A DNA stretch of 64,000 nt from Candidatus Eiseniibacteriota bacterium (GTDB taxonomy: Bacteria; Eisenbacteria; RBG-16-71-46). Of this stretch, positions 39,822 to 50,763 are shown piece by piece (position 1 is the stretch's first letter; every line of letters begins with the position of its first letter). A model generated the notes under the pieces. The model ran no database searches and was not told where the DNA came from. It worked only from the letters and a program-made list of their open reading frames with translations. The translations under genes were made by a program, and so were the position numbers. Location: the NCBI GenBank assembly GCA_963717505.1, contig OY970342.1:3616001-3680000 (forward strand). The letters are read 5' to 3'.

Positions 39822-42488
39822 ATGAGCGGATCGACGCCGCTGCCCACCCGCATCGGGCCTTATCCCATCGAGCGCGAAGTCGGGCGCGGCGGCATGGGCA
39901 TCGTCTACCTGGGGCGCGACACGCGGCTCGACCGCCCGGTGGCGATCAAGGTGCTGCCCGCGGCGTTCGCCAGCGACCCCGAGCGTCTGGCGCGATTCGA
40001 GCGCGAAGCCCGGCTCCTGGCCTCGCTCCACCATCCCAACGTCGCCGGGATCTTCGGGCTCGAGGAGTCGGGCGGACACCGCTTCCTGGTGCTCGAATAC
40101 GTCGAGGGCGAAACCCTGGCGCAGCGCATCTCCCGGGGCCCGCTGCCGGTGGACGAGGCCGTGGACGTCTGCCGGCAGATCGCGGCGGCACTCGAGGCAG
40201 CCCACGAAGGCGGAGTCATCCACCGCGACCTGAAACCCGGCAACGTCAAGCTGACGCCGAGCGGAGAGGTCAAGGTTCTCGACTTCGGCCTCGCCAAGGG
40301 CGGAGCGGGATCGGGCGCGAGTTCGGATCCCTCGCTCAGCGGCTCGCCGACCATCGCCCTGTCGCAAGCGACGGGCGTCGGAGTGATCCTCGGCACCGCC
40401 GCGTACATGAGCCCGGAACAGGCGCGCGGGCGTTCCGTGGATCGCCGCACCGACATCTGGTCGTTCGGCTGCGTGCTCTACGAATGCCTGACCGGGCGCC
40501 AGGCGTTCGCGGGCGAGACGATTTCGGATGTCATCGCCCTCATCCTACAGGGCACGCCTGATTGGAAGGCCCTGCCCGCGAATCTGCCGCAACGGCTGCG
40601 CGACCTGATGACACGCTGCCTGACCAAGGACGCGAAGCAACGCCTGCGTGACATCGGTGAAGCGCGCCTGATCCTCGAGGGCGGCGACGTGTCCTCGATG
40701 TCGGGCGTCGCCGCATCAGCCGCCGGTACCGCCCAAGCGCGACCGGCGCCGCGTCTCGCATACGCGCTGGCAGCGGCGTTCGCGCTCAGCACCCTCGGGC
40801 TCGCGGCGCTGTTGTTCCTGCGCCCCCCGAAGTCCGAGCCGGTTCTCAGGCTGACCCTGTCCGCGCCAACCACGACCTATTCCAGTCGCGACCCGTCCCT
40901 TGCCGCGATTTCCCCTGACGGCAGGATGGTCGTGATCGCCGCGGCCGATTCCGCGGGCAGCTCCGCCTTGTGGCTGAGGGCACTCGACGGCACCGACGGG
41001 CGCACTCTCCCGGGCACCGAGGATGGCGCGCTCCCGTTCTGGTCCCCGGACGGCCGACACGTGGTATTCGCCACTCAGGACAAGCTCAAGAAGCTCGACA
41101 TCCGGGGCGGAACTCCGGAGGTGCTGTGCTCGGTCGCGAGCTACGGGCGCGGGGGAAGCTGGGGATCGCAGGACGTCATCGTGTTCGCCGCCGGATCGGA
41201 AGGGTCACTGTTCAGCGTGTCGAAAGACGGTGGCACGCCGAAACCGGTCACCGTTCTCGACTCCACCGAAACCGGACATCGCTTCCCCCGCTTCCTCCCC
41301 GATGGCCGGCACTTCCTATTCGCGTCGATGCCAGCGCGCGGACTCCAGTTCGACATCTTCGTGGGTTCGATCGATTCGCCGCTGCGCGAGAAGCTCATGA
41401 TCGCCGACGGCACGCCGGTGTACGTGGAGCCGGGCTACCTGCTCTATGTGCGGAATGGACGGGTCGTCGCCCATCGCTTCGACCCCCGCTCCCGCAAACT
41501 GATCGGAGAGCCCGTGGCGCTGGTGGATGAGCCCCATCGGACCGAGTTCCTCGGATCGCCTGTGGTGATCGCGGCGCCGCACGGCCCGCTCCTTTACTAC
41601 AGGCACGTACCAGTTCAGACCAAGATCGTCTGGCTTGACCGATCGGGGCGCGAATCAGAACGACTGCCGCTGCCCCCCGGGCCCTACCAGAGCGTCTACC
41701 TGTCGCCCGATGGCGAACGGGCGGTTGTCGTACGGAGATCCTCGCCCAGTGAATCCGACCTTTGGCTGGTGGACCTCGAGGGCATGGCCATGACCCGGCT
41801 CACCCATGGCTCCGGTCTCGTGGACCGTCCAACTTGGTCTCCGGACGGGTCACGCATCGCGTTCGCGACCGATCGCGATGGACACTGGGACATCTACGAG
41901 AAGGCCGTGGATGGATCGGGTGCCGAGCAGCCGATTCTCCAGGGAGGGTCGCTCCTCAAATACCCGGGCGGCTGGTCTCCCGACGGCCACACGCTCGTGT
42001 TCGAGCAAATCAGCGAGAAGAATGGATGGGATATCTGGATGATGTCCACCCAGGGCGACCGTACTCCCCGCCCACTGCTCGCGACCTCGTTCGACGAGCA
42101 ATGGGCGGAGGTCTCGCCAGACGGTCGTTGGCTCGCCTATTCCTCGAACGAATCCGGCCGCCCCGAGGTCTACCTCCAGGCCTTTCCTGGTATGGGCCAC
42201 AAACACCAGATCTCCACGTCCGGCGGGTTTGCACCCAAATGGCGTTCGGACGGTCGCGAAATTGTCTTCGCCAGCAGTGCGGGTGCGGCGTTCCTCGAGA
42301 TCAGCCCCGACCGAGGACAGGGAATCGGAAATTCTCGCACGTTGGAGTTCGCTGACGAGATCGTCTGGGCGGATCTGACGCCAGACTTCAGCCGCCTGAT
42401 CGGCCTCGCGGGAGTGGCGTCGTCTCGCCCGACCGACGACCTCACGGTCGTGCTCAACTGGAGATCCGAGCTGGGCCGTCGCGAGTGA
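39822..42488 (+). CDS. Ser/Thr protein kinase with TM and TolB-like (PD40) beta-propellers
   Basis: GRGGMGIVY, VAIK, HRDLKPGN, DFGLAK, GTAAYMSPEQ, TM, repeated WSPDG. Confidence 0.95.
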   Translation: MSGSTPLPTRIGPYPIEREVGRGGMGIVYLGRDTRLDRPVAIKVLPAAFASDPERLARFEREARLLASLHHPNVAGIFGLEESGGHRFLVLEYVEGETLAQRISRGPLPVDEAVDVCRQIAAALEAAHEGGVIHRDLKPGNVKLTPSGEVKVLDFGLAKGGAGSGASSDPSLSGSPTIALSQATGVGVILGTAAYMSPEQARGRSVDRRTDIWSFGCVLYECLTGRQAFAGETISDVIALILQGTPDWKALPANLPQRLRDLMTRCLTKDAKQRLRDIGEARLILEGGDVSSMSGVAASAAGTAQARPAPRLAYALAAAFALSTLGLAALLFLRPPKSEPVLRLTLSAPTTTYSSRDPSLAAISPDGRMVVIAAADSAGSSALWLRALDGTDGRTLPGTEDGALPFWSPDGRHVVFATQDKLKKLDIRGGTPEVLCSVASYGRGGSWGSQDVIVFAAGSEGSLFSVSKDGGTPKPVTVLDSTETGHRFPRFLPDGRHFLFASMPARGLQFDIFVGSIDSPLREKLMIADGTPVYVEPGYLLYVRNGRVVAHRFDPRSRKLIGEPVALVDEPHRTEFLGSPVVIAAPHGPLLYYRHVPVQTKIVWLDRSGRESERLPLPPGPYQSVYLSPDGERAVVVRRSSPSESDLWLVDLEGMAMTRLTHGSGLVDRPTWSPDGSRIAFATDRDGHWDIYEKAVDGSGAEQPILQGGSLLKYPGGWSPDGHTLVFEQISEKNGWDIWMMSTQGDRTPRPLLATSFDEQWAEVSPDGRWLAYSSNESGRPEVYLQAFPGMGHKHQISTSGGFAPKWRSDGREIVFASSAGAAFLEISPDRGQGIGNSRTLEFADEIVWADLTPDFSRLIGLAGVASSRPTDDLTVVLNWRSELGRRE

Positions 42489-43018
42489 GCGCCGCCAAGG
42501 AAACCCACGACCCGGGATCGATCGCTTTTCTCGAGCACGAGGGATTCGAGGGTTTTCGCACCGTGGCGCAATTGCACGCCGGCGGCTGCATGGAGATCCC
42601 GAACCTCCGGGGCATCTACGCGATGGTGCGTGAGTCGCTCGAACCGCCGGTGTTCCTGCCGAAAAGCCCGGCGGCGCGGTTTCGCGACACCGATCCGACC
42701 GTTCCGGTCGACGAGCTGAAGAAGCTCTGGGTGCCAGGCGCCCAGGTTCTCTACTTCGGTCGCGCCCGCGGACCCGGCGTGCGCACGCTGCTCAGGCAGC
42801 GCGTGAAGCGTTACCTGCGCTTCGGCTACGGGCGGCACGTCGCCCACTGGGATGGCAGGGCGATCTGGCAGCTGAGCGACCGCTCAGCCCTGCGGGTCGC
42901 GTGGATGCCGACGCCGGACGACGACCCGGCCCGCGCCGAGGAGGAGTACGAGGCCGGCTTCGAACGGCACTATGGCGCGTTGCCCTTCGCCAACCTGAAG
43001 CACGGGCGCGAGGACTGA
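42485..43018 (+). CDS. GIY-YIG-like hypothetical protein
   Basis: RGIYAM...VLYFGRA..LRQRVKRY..E..LPFAN. GTGA overlap with the kinase stop. Confidence 0.65.
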   Translation: MSAAKETHDPGSIAFLEHEGFEGFRTVAQLHAGGCMEIPNLRGIYAMVRESLEPPVFLPKSPAARFRDTDPTVPVDELKKLWVPGAQVLYFGRARGPGVRTLLRQRVKRYLRFGYGRHVAHWDGRAIWQLSDRSALRVAWMPTPDDDPARAEEEYEAGFERHYGALPFANLKHGRED

Positions 43019-43223
43019 GTGCGCGACGCGGTGCGCGCTGCCGCCGCGGCTGGGGATCGACGATCGGCGATGACGATCCTGCAGGTGCGATGTGCCAGCC
43101 CGTCAGATGCATGACCGAATGGCAGAGTGGCAGGCTCAGGTTTCGTTCCTCGGGGCGCCATCAGCCACTCTTCATGCGCCACATTGCGGGTACCCGGACT
43201 TGGTCATATGGTCGTCGGGACTC

Positions 43224-43238
43224 TGGCTCGCAAGTTGC
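43224..43238 (+). promoter_or_regulatory. Sigma-54 promoter candidate upstream of cytochrome c
   Basis: TGGCTC-GCAAG-TTGC. Confidence 0.6.
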
Positions 43239-43291
43239 CTGAGTTTGGCAAGCGCTGGTGACGGTGTCGGCCCTAGATGAAAGGGAGCGTC

Positions 43292-44074
43292 ATGAACATC
43301 GTGAGGCTGACCAGCTTTGCGTTGTTGCTTTGGGGACTCGCCGGAGTCGTGGTCGCGTGCCAGACCCGGCAATCAAAGACTGAGAGCCAGGTCGCTTCGA
43401 GTTCGGCGCAGCCCGTGTACACCGAGGCCGGACAGCAGGCGTACCTCGCGAATTGCGCCGTGTGCCACGGGGAGTGGGGCGAAGGAGATGGGCCCCTCGC
43501 CCCGGATCTCGTGAAGTTCTCGGCCGTGGCGCCCGCGCAGCTCAACAACGTGGCACGACTCCAGGAGTTGGGCCGTGACCAGTTGGTGAGCATCATCACG
43601 CTGGGCGGAGGCGGCACCCATCGCTCCAACCTGATGCCGCCGTGGGGCAACCGCCTCAAGTCCGAGGTCATCGGCGAGATCGCCGACTATGTCATGGCAC
43701 TTCCCAGCCTCAAGCCCGGGATCCCGAGAGCCACGATAGAAAAGTATCTCCAGGCCGAGCCCGGCACGCCTGCCGAGGGCCGCAAGCTCTTCGTGTTCTA
43801 CTGCACGATGTGTCACGGCCCATACGGTGAAGGGAACGGGTTCCTGGCCGACAGCCTGTGGGCGCGCTACAACGTCCGGCCCAGGGACCTGACCGACAGT
43901 CTCTACTTCGCCAACAAGTCGGATCAGGAGATGTACGTGACGATCGCGCACGGCGGAGGATACACGCGCCATTCTTTCGTCATGCCCGCGTGGTCCGTGA
44001 CGCTCGCGCCGGACAAGATCAAGGACCTGGTGAGCTACGTCCGTTCGATCTCGAGGACGAAGTCACGTCCTTAG
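43292..44074 (+). CDS. Dihaem c-type cytochrome lipoprotein
   Basis: Lipobox VVAC, haem motifs CAVCH and CTMCH, each followed by an MPxW distal-ligand motif; internal duplication. Confidence 0.92.
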   Translation: MNIVRLTSFALLLWGLAGVVVACQTRQSKTESQVASSSAQPVYTEAGQQAYLANCAVCHGEWGEGDGPLAPDLVKFSAVAPAQLNNVARLQELGRDQLVSIITLGGGGTHRSNLMPPWGNRLKSEVIGEIADYVMALPSLKPGIPRATIEKYLQAEPGTPAEGRKLFVFYCTMCHGPYGEGNGFLADSLWARYNVRPRDLTDSLYFANKSDQEMYVTIAHGGGYTRHSFVMPAWSVTLAPDKIKDLVSYVRSISRTKSRP

Positions 44075-44082
44075 TGCCGCTC

Positions 44083-44967
44083 TCAGTGTGGCGGGATTGC
44101 ATGACTGAGCACCATCCCGGTCACGCGAATCGGGATGACTTCGGCCTTCGCCTCGCCTCGGCAGCGGATTGTGGCGAGCCAGAGGTTCGCGTCACGACGA
44201 CCGACGATGAGCCCGCTCAGGACCTCCCAACGTCCTGTCCCCGACGCACCGGGCGGCAGCACGAACAGGGTCGGGCGGTCGGAGTCGCCTATCGAACAGT
44301 CCTCGTGCTTCCAGTCCAGGACCAGCGTCGAATCCCACTCCTCGGCCTCTTCCCGCAGGGCGTCCAGCCACGCGAACCGCGCGGACGATCGAGCGGCCGA
44401 GACCGAGTCGGCAAACGAGCCTAGGCGTATCGAGTAGAGCAACGCGGTCGAATCGTGTTCGAGGCCCGTGAAAAGAGTGATAACAGACTCAGGAGGCGCG
44501 GGCCGGCTGCGGTCGAATACCGGTCCCGGCCGAAGCGGCCCGCGCGGTGTCATTGCCAGATGAATTGGCGACTTCGTCAGAAGCTCCGCCAGCCCCGTGT
44601 CCGCGTCGATTCGCTTCTGGCATGCCACCGCCATCGCCAGGCCATGGGCCATCGCGTCCCACATTGCTCGGAGATCGGCCGCGTAGAGGGAGTCGACGGC
44701 CGGCGTCCGCGGGAACGATCCTGGGACCGGATACACATCGTTGTAGATGAACCACAGTTCACTCGACTTGGCCTCGAATAGGTTCTCGCAAGACGCGGAG
44801 GTTGGCTGAGGAAGGGCCATCGTCATGGCCATGGCGAGGATCACGAGAACCGGCTTCGCTAGCGTGCTGGGCTCGGGATTCCTGTCGCGCAACCCGGATC
44901 GACGTCCAGGACGCGCGATGGGCCGGACGTCGTTCGAGCCTCGACACGGCAGTAATCGACTGCGCAT
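44083..44967 (-). CDS. Hypothetical exported protein
   Basis: Hydrophobic VLVILAMAMTMAL segment, fills the gap between genes. True start probably near 44832-44870. Confidence 0.5.
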   Translation of the reverse strand: MRSRLLPCRGSNDVRPIARPGRRSGLRDRNPEPSTLAKPVLVILAMAMTMALPQPTSASCENLFEAKSSELWFIYNDVYPVPGSFPRTPAVDSLYAADLRAMWDAMAHGLAMAVACQKRIDADTGLAELLTKSPIHLAMTPRGPLRPGPVFDRSRPAPPESVITLFTGLEHDSTALLYSIRLGSFADSVSAARSSARFAWLDALREEAEEWDSTLVLDWKHEDCSIGDSDRPTLFVLPPGASGTGRWEVLSGLIVGRRDANLWLATIRCRGEAKAEVIPIRVTGMVLSHAIPPH

Positions 44968-45179
44968 TGAGCCAAGCCCTTCTGCTTCGTGGGGGTTTGC
45001 TTCGACCGGCGCACGAGCCTGTTGCTCCGCCGCTGCGCAGGAGTATAGTTCCGAATCTCAACGGATTCCGATCGCAGCTGAGCTGCGCGGACCCGGATCG
45101 CGCCGGAGTTGCGGGCGCACGGCCGACCTCCCGACATCCGCCCGTGGCGTGCACGCCACGCCCACCTCCGGAGGGTCGC

Positions 45180-46904
45180 ATGGCCGCCCCTGTACGTCGC
45201 CTGCTGTTTGCCGTCGCTTGCATCACCGCCGCGCTTTGCCTCGGATGCAGCAGTGACGAGAGCAACCCCATGGCCCCGGGCTCGTACGACGATTCGTCGC
45301 TGCGGGCCGCGGACAGCCTGCTCGCACTTGCCATCGCCGCCGAGATGGACTCCGATCCGCAACGACCCTCCGACATCGATCTGAACGTGCCCTACGCGGC
45401 GTACAGCACGGCACTCGCCTCCCCCAACCTCTCCCCTTCGAATCGCCTGCGCGCCCGCTTTGGGGTCGCGGTGTTGTCGATGATGATCCTCGCCACTGAC
45501 ACCGAGGTGAACGCCGCCTTCGACGAATGGTCCGCTTACCTGGAAAACCGGATCCCATTCGAAGCGCCTGGGTCCATCAGCTCCTTCGGCATTCCCTCGG
45601 GTCTCGCGGGCGGGCGGCGCGCGCTCGGCCTGCCGTTCGATGTCGTGCCGCGGTCGATCGTCGCGCAGGTCCATTTGACGCTGGGAGCGCCCGATCCGCA
45701 GATCAGCCGGATTCAGGCGATCCTGCGCGACCGCGTGCTGCCGCGACTCACGGAAGTGGTGAACCACCTGAATATCGTCACGGCCGATCCGGCCTTCCAA
45801 TTCATCGTCACCCCCGAGATGCAGGGGGATCCTCTGGCCTCTCCGATCGAGATCGACCGCACCGATGCACTCGCGCTGCGTGCTGCGAGCCGGCTGCTCG
45901 CGGCCATGTGCCACGTGGCGGTTGCCTATGAACTCAACTTCCCGGCCTACGACCAGGCCAGCCTGCTCGAGGCGATCGAGCCCGGAAGCGACTGGCTGGC
46001 CCTGCTCGGGAACGGCGCGTCACACATGCAGGGGGCGCACGGCGACCTGGTCGGATCGGTCGACGACGTGGGGCTGGCGATCCAGTCGCTTCTGGCCGAG
46101 TCCGACGATCAGGACGACGACGTGATCCGCGTCGGCCCCAGCGACCTCTCCCAGGCCTCGCTCGACTCGATCCAGACCCGGCTCGCACAGGTGCGGCAGG
46201 GGCTCACCAGCGGCTTCACGCTCACCGACGACTGGGACGGCAACGCGGGGACGCCCGATGTTCCGCTGACGATCAACGTGCGCGGGCTGTTCGACACACC
46301 CGTCCAGGACTGGAAGGCACTGCTCCCGCCGTACACGGGATCGGTAGTCGAGCGTCCGTTCGACCACAGTACGGTCTTCACCTACGAGCCGCAGCAGGTG
46401 CAGTTCACGGTCCCGTCGACCGCGTCCTACAACGGCTACTACACCCTCAACGTCTCGGGAGGAAACGTTCAGGAGTACTCCGGGGGCAGCGCCGAGATCG
46501 TGGATCCACTCAGGGCCATGATCCAGGCCCGCTACGCGAACGTCGTGGCACAACCCGAATGGGCGGGCGACTACGCCGGCTCGTCGTCGTTCTTCGGCAA
46601 CCTGACCGCAGGGAGCCAGCAGGCTTCGGTCGACGTCTCAGAGTACTACTCGATCGCGACCCACTTCGTATACGTCCCCGTGATCACGTGGGATGCGACC
46701 CAGTACTCGGAGTGGCAGTTCCCCGACCCGACCTTCAGCGGGCTGCTGCCGGGATTCACGAGCACGGACGATCTGCTCTCGACGTTCGGCTACGACCCCG
46801 CGACCTGGGAGCAAGTCGTGGTGCTCGATTGGACCGGCGGCGGTTCACCGGCCGCTCACGCCGCCCTTCGGCCGGCACGCCGGCTCGCGGTCCGCGCGCG
46901 GTGA
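45180..46904 (+). CDS. Large acidic hypothetical lipoprotein
   Basis: GGAGGG SD, lipobox LCLGC, helical N-terminal half and aromatic beta-rich C-terminal half. Confidence 0.8.
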   Translation: MAAPVRRLLFAVACITAALCLGCSSDESNPMAPGSYDDSSLRAADSLLALAIAAEMDSDPQRPSDIDLNVPYAAYSTALASPNLSPSNRLRARFGVAVLSMMILATDTEVNAAFDEWSAYLENRIPFEAPGSISSFGIPSGLAGGRRALGLPFDVVPRSIVAQVHLTLGAPDPQISRIQAILRDRVLPRLTEVVNHLNIVTADPAFQFIVTPEMQGDPLASPIEIDRTDALALRAASRLLAAMCHVAVAYELNFPAYDQASLLEAIEPGSDWLALLGNGASHMQGAHGDLVGSVDDVGLAIQSLLAESDDQDDDVIRVGPSDLSQASLDSIQTRLAQVRQGLTSGFTLTDDWDGNAGTPDVPLTINVRGLFDTPVQDWKALLPPYTGSVVERPFDHSTVFTYEPQQVQFTVPSTASYNGYYTLNVSGGNVQEYSGGSAEIVDPLRAMIQARYANVVAQPEWAGDYAGSSSFFGNLTAGSQQASVDVSEYYSIATHFVYVPVITWDATQYSEWQFPDPTFSGLLPGFTSTDDLLSTFGYDPATWEQVVVLDWTGGGSPAAHAALRPARRLAVRAR

Positions 46905-48415
46905 GATTCGCGGCGCTGTTCGGGGCGGTACTCGCCCTCGCGATCACGCCGAGCCTGGCCCGGGCGAACCCCGGTGCGGCGGGCGAGTTCAGCGGTCTGC
47001 TGCGCCCCGGGAGTCGTCTGGACCTGGGCCTGGGTGGGGACCCGTTCCGTTCACCGCTCGACGACCAGTGCGGATGGTGGGGGAACCCGGGCTTCACCGC
47101 GGTGTCCGGCGTCCGAACCTGGTCGCGCGCGAGCGAGCCGGTCTCGCCGAACGCGGGAGGCGGCAGCCGGCTGAGCACGGGCGAAGTCTCGTGGCGCATC
47201 GACGGGGTCCGGCGCTTCGCCGACAGGACGATCTGGTTCTCGGGCGGGATGTCGCAGCCTCGCTGGAACGGGGCGCTCGATCTCCCGGACGGCGGCGTTC
47301 AACTCGTCGGCGATCGAACGAGGACAGTGGCGGCGCTCCGGATCGGCGACCTCCTGCCGGGACTCGACGCTCAAGCAACCACGCCGCTCTGGAACGAGTC
47401 CGGCATGCCGGGATCTGCGGACGCGGGCGCGGGACTCCGCTATCGGCCCATGCGCGGACTCCGGGCGCAGGCATCGTGGTCGCTGGCCCGATTGCCAGAG
47501 ATTCTAGAGTCCGATATCTACGAACAGGCCCTATCCGCCCCGATCAACCTGCGCTCCCATCGCATGAACGCGGACGTGAGAATCGGCCCGGTGCGGCGTC
47601 TGGACCTCGAAGCCTCGATCGGCCGCTCGCGCTTCAACCCCGACACGCCGAGGAGCGATGCGTTCCAGTATCAGATCGAGCCCGCAGGGCGGACGGAGGT
47701 GGACCAGGTCTCCCTCGAATGGGCCGCCCGCCGCGGGCTGCGTCTGCTGGCGCGCGGAACGCGCGACGCGCTGGACATCGAGAGCGATGTGTCGTGGGGC
47801 GGCGAGCGTTTCGGTCGCCTCGACTACGCAAAGGCCGAGCTGCGCTCGATGCTGATCGCGATGGACGCCCGACTCCCCTCGGGCGGCCGGATCGTGCTCG
47901 ACGTCGAGCGCGTGAGCGCCAAAGCCCGCGCGCGGGGAACGCTCGAAACCTGGCCGTTCACCTCGACGGAATTGGATCTGCTGGGCCTGCGGTTCCTGGG
48001 CCGGGCCGAGGGACGCGCGCGCTGGGATCGTGTCCATACCGGAATCGAGAGGCCGCTCGGTGGCGCGGGCCGATTCGCGCTCGGCGTCAACGGGTACGAC
48101 ATGCACATCGACGGCTTCATCGAGACCTGGCGGCCGCTGTTCCTGGTGTTCGGCCGCACGGATGTCCAAACCGTACGCCCCGGGTTCGACCGGGCGCAGC
48201 TCGCCGCACTGTCACTCGGGTGGTCTCGGCCGATCGCGGGGCTCGAACTCGGTGTCGCGCTCGAGCAGTTCGTGTTCGCGAAGACGTACGGCTCACCCGC
48301 GGGCGATGACGCGCCGGAAATCGAGTCGGCCCCTCCTGCTCCCGGGCGACCTGAAGCCAAACGCGGCTGGCCTGGAGGCACGAGCCTCGAGATCCACATC
48401 GGCCATCGGTTCTGA
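46901..48415 (+). CDS. Putative outer-membrane beta-barrel protein
   Basis: GTG overlaps the upstream stop, signal peptide (..SLARA), alternating amphipathic strands, terminal IHIGHRF. Confidence 0.75.
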   Translation: MRFAALFGAVLALAITPSLARANPGAAGEFSGLLRPGSRLDLGLGGDPFRSPLDDQCGWWGNPGFTAVSGVRTWSRASEPVSPNAGGGSRLSTGEVSWRIDGVRRFADRTIWFSGGMSQPRWNGALDLPDGGVQLVGDRTRTVAALRIGDLLPGLDAQATTPLWNESGMPGSADAGAGLRYRPMRGLRAQASWSLARLPEILESDIYEQALSAPINLRSHRMNADVRIGPVRRLDLEASIGRSRFNPDTPRSDAFQYQIEPAGRTEVDQVSLEWAARRGLRLLARGTRDALDIESDVSWGGERFGRLDYAKAELRSMLIAMDARLPSGGRIVLDVERVSAKARARGTLETWPFTSTELDLLGLRFLGRAEGRARWDRVHTGIERPLGGAGRFALGVNGYDMHIDGFIETWRPLFLVFGRTDVQTVRPGFDRAQLAALSLGWSRPIAGLELGVALEQFVFAKTYGSPAGDDAPEIESAPPAPGRPEAKRGWPGGTSLEIHIGHRF

Positions 48416-48440
48416 AACCGTGCTGGCGTGACTGCGCGCC

Positions 48441-50675
48441 TCAGGAGGGGTCCGGCACCGCCGGATAGAGGCGCTCGAATTCCGGCTCGCCGTGCAACGA
48501 CTGAAGGTCGGGATCACGTCGCGCCCAGATGGGATCACGATATCCAGCCTTCCAGGCCTTGCTCATCGCGTCCAGGGCCTCGGCCTTCCGGTTGAGCAGG
48601 CAGAACGTGCACGCGGCGTTGTAGTGCACCATCGCCTCGTCGGGTCTCAGCACCATGGCCAGCCTCGCCTCGCGCAGGGCATCGTCGGCGCGGTCCATCA
48701 TCGCGTAGTAGGCGGCCAGCAGGGTACGGGCGCGCGCATCCTCGGGCATCTCCTTCAAATGGCTCTCGAGCGCGAGCATGGCCCTTTGCCTCACGTTCCG
48801 GAGCGCTTCCTCTTTGCCCAGCGTGTTGAGGGCGTTCATGATCGGCACGTAGACGTTGTAGTCCGTGCCACTCGCTTCCAACGCGGCATCCGCCATCGCC
48901 ACGACCTCGTGATGACGGCCCGCCGAGAACAGGGCGCGCAAGATGAGATAGTAGGCACCCTCGCAATCGCTCTTTCGCTCGATGGCGAGGCGGGCGCAGC
49001 GAATCGATTCCTCGACCCTGGCGCTCGCATAGTGGATCCAGCCCTGGGCGACCTGCACCTCCGGCAGCTCCGGCTGCAGCGTCACAGCCCGTTCGCACGC
49101 CGCCTGCGCCCGATCGATCCACGCGAGTTCGCGATCGTATAGGTAGTAGTAGCTCGCGCAGACGTTGGCGATTGCCGCAAAGGCGAGCGCGAACAGCGGA
49201 TCCTGAGCGACGGCGCTCTCGAACATTTGCAGCGCGAAGTCGGCGTCGTGCCGGGTCAGGCGGCGGGCGTAGCTCTTGCCGCGCAAATAGAGATCGTACG
49301 CCTGCAGATTCTCCGTGGGTTTGGCGGCCAGCGCCTCCTGCTCCTGAGGCGAGAGCGTGATCCGCAGGGCCTCGGCGATCTTGCGCGCGATCTCGTCCTG
49401 GACCTCGAAAACGTCCTTCATCTCGCGATCGTAACGCTCCGACCAGAGCGGGAAGTCGGTCTGCGTGTCGACCAGCTGGGCATTGATCCGCAGACGCGCG
49501 CCGGCACGGCGCAGGCTGCCTGCGAGCACGTAAGCCGCCTTGAGCTGCTGGCCGATCTGCGCCGGGGTCACCTGCTTGTCCCGATAGGCAAGCACGGTGG
49601 GACGCGAAAAGATGTTGAGCCCACGGATCTTGGAAAGCTCGGTGATGATGTCCTCCGTGATTCCGTCGCGGAAATACTCGTCCTCTTTGACCCCGCTCAA
49701 GTTCTCGAAGTAGAGGACGGCGATCGACTTCTCAGCCTGCTTGCGCGCCCCGCCGCGTGACTCACCCGCGTCCGCTGCTCGGCGTCCACCCGACTCCAGG
49801 TCGCGCTTGAGGCGGATCAGATCGGTCTTGAGCTCGGTGGCGGTCTGATACCGCATGTTGCGATCCTTCTCCAGTGCCTTCTCCAGGATCCTGCCCAGGG
49901 CCGGCGGCAGTGCGGGATTGATCGCATCGAGGGCAGGCGGGTCGCGGTTGAGGATCGCCTCGTAGATGACCGCAGAGGTCTCGCCCTCGAACGGCAGGAC
50001 GCCGGTGGCCATCTGGTAGAGCACAGTGCCGAAGGAAAACAGGTCGGTGCGCGCGTCGGTGAGTTGCCCGCGCGCCTGCTCCGGCGACATATAGGAGACG
50101 GTTCCCAGCGTAGTGCCGGGCATCGTGAGTTCGTCCCGCGGACCGACGGTTTCGAGCTGCGAGGCCACGGCGGCACTCGGCACCGCGCGCCGCTCGCCGC
50201 CGACTTTGGCCAGGCCAAAGTCCAGGATCTTTGCTTGAGCGCGGCCGGTCACGAAGATGTTGGCGGGCTTGATGTCCCGATGCACGATCCCCTTGGCATG
50301 CGCGGATTCGAGCGCATCGGCAATCTGAATCCCCAGGGCCACCGTCTCGTCCAGCGGAATCGGCCGGCCGGCCATCTTCTGGGCCAGGGTCTGGCCGTCG
50401 AGCAACTCCATCACGATGAAGTGCTGTTGCTCGTGCTGCTCGATCGCGAAGATCGTGCAGATTCCCGGGTGATTGAGCGCTGAGGACGCACGAGCCTCAC
50501 GTTGAAAACGCTCGAGTGATGCGGCGTCCTGCTTCATTTCGGGGCTCAGGAACTTGAGCGCCACCCGTCGGCCGAGCTTGGCGTCCTCGGCCTCGTAAAC
50601 CACACCCATTCCCCCGCTGCCCAACTGACGGACGATGGTGTAGTGACGAACGGTGTTGCCGATCAGGGGCTCCAT
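48441..50675 (-). CDS. Ser/Thr protein kinase with TolB-N/FlgO-like domain and TPRs
   Basis: [52 protein letters not shown], TPRs ending YNAAC..DPDL. Confidence 0.95.
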   Translation of the reverse strand: MEPLIGNTVRHYTIVRQLGSGGMGVVYEAEDAKLGRRVALKFLSPEMKQDAASLERFQREARASSALNHPGICTIFAIEQHEQQHFIVMELLDGQTLAQKMAGRPIPLDETVALGIQIADALESAHAKGIVHRDIKPANIFVTGRAQAKILDFGLAKVGGERRAVPSAAVASQLETVGPRDELTMPGTTLGTVSYMSPEQARGQLTDARTDLFSFGTVLYQMATGVLPFEGETSAVIYEAILNRDPPALDAINPALPPALGRILEKALEKDRNMRYQTATELKTDLIRLKRDLESGGRRAADAGESRGGARKQAEKSIAVLYFENLSGVKEDEYFRDGITEDIITELSKIRGLNIFSRPTVLAYRDKQVTPAQIGQQLKAAYVLAGSLRRAGARLRINAQLVDTQTDFPLWSERYDREMKDVFEVQDEIARKIAEALRITLSPQEQEALAAKPTENLQAYDLYLRGKSYARRLTRHDADFALQMFESAVAQDPLFALAFAAIANVCASYYYLYDRELAWIDRAQAACERAVTLQPELPEVQVAQGWIHYASARVEESIRCARLAIERKSDCEGAYYLILRALFSAGRHHEVVAMADAALEASGTDYNVYVPIMNALNTLGKEEALRNVRQRAMLALESHLKEMPEDARARTLLAAYYAMMDRADDALREARLAMVLRPDEAMVHYNAACTFCLLNRKAEALDAMSKAWKAGYRDPIWARRDPDLQSLHGEPEFERLYPAVPDPS

Positions 50676-50763
50676 GAGAGACGCGATGCTAGGGGTCGGA
50701 GTTCCTGCGGTCAAGACATCGCCCCGCTCGGTCGCGCAACGCCAGGGTGGCTCTCTCCAAGGC

